The position numbers and the translations under genes were made by a program. The notes below the pieces were generated by a model. That model ran no database searches. It had not been told where the DNA came from and saw only the letters and a list, made by a program, of their open reading frames with translations. 64,000 bases of DNA from Haliotis cracherodii (lineage: Eukaryota). This document shows, one piece after another, positions 63,639-64,000 of this stretch (within the stretch, counting starts at the first letter, position 1; every line of letters begins with the position of its first letter). Location: assembly GCF_022045235.1 (NCBI RefSeq), contig NW_027266265.1, forward strand, positions 56,978,001 through 57,042,000, in the 5' to 3' direction.

Positions 63639-64000
63639 CTGTAAAACATTATCACAATTAGACTTTTCCTCAATGAATGCGCCCTCAGAAGCATCATCTA
63701 GGTCATCTGTAAAACATTATCACAATCAGACTTTTCCTCAATGAATGCTCCCTCAGACACATCACCTAGGTCATCTGTAAAACATTATCACAATCAGACT
63801 TTTCCTCAATGAATGCTCCCTCAGACGCATCACCTAGGTCATCTATATAACTATTTTCTGACTCAGAAATTTCTCAACATGCTCAATGAATGCTCCCTCA
63901 GACGCATCACCTAGGTCATCTGTAAAACATTATCACAATCAGACTTTTCCTCAATGAATGCTCCCTCAGATGCATCAGCTAGGTCATCTGTAAAACATTA
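63607..64000. repeat. 68-bp tandem repeat containing the acceptor and first bases of the 63638 exon
   Basis: gaatgctccctcagacgcatcacctaggtcatctgtaaaacattatcacaatcagacttttcctcaat, about 6 copies, continuing to the window edge. Confidence 0.93.

Overview
Eukaryotic, AT-rich, intron-containing and SINE/MITE-dense DNA from an invertebrate. It is most likely a mollusc; the repeat families look abalone-like, which is an inference. Genes were reconstructed by hand from splice sites and reading frames. (1) The N-terminal coding exon of CTCF, minus strand, running off the left edge, with a promoter-like region near 3.7-4.2 kb. (2) A six-coding-exon minus-strand gene (27921->17142, 329 aa) that joins an hnRNP C/RALY-type RRM to two zinc fingers resembling BCL11 ZF0 and ZF1. 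(3) A head-to-head Mpv17/PMP22-family gene (29866-30627). (4) A transposon-derived locus at 39.3-36.3 kb, where an rve/DDE integrase exon can splice in frame to unrelated exons. (5) A nine-exon FBXO31 (41380-51668, 396 aa). (6) The acidic last exon of an unidentified minus-strand gene (63328-63638). The rest is at least four SINE-like families, many MITEs, a decayed DIRS-like element, Penelope remnants and several minisatellites. The best candidates for new biology are the RRM + BCL11-like finger chimera, tandem arrays that have amplified real splice sites (12 stop-containing decoy acceptors in FBXO31 intron 6, and more at 44.5 kb, 63.6 kb and at CTCF), and the spliced integrase chimera facing away from the FBXO31 promoter. 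All homology statements are from remembered sequences; no searches were run.
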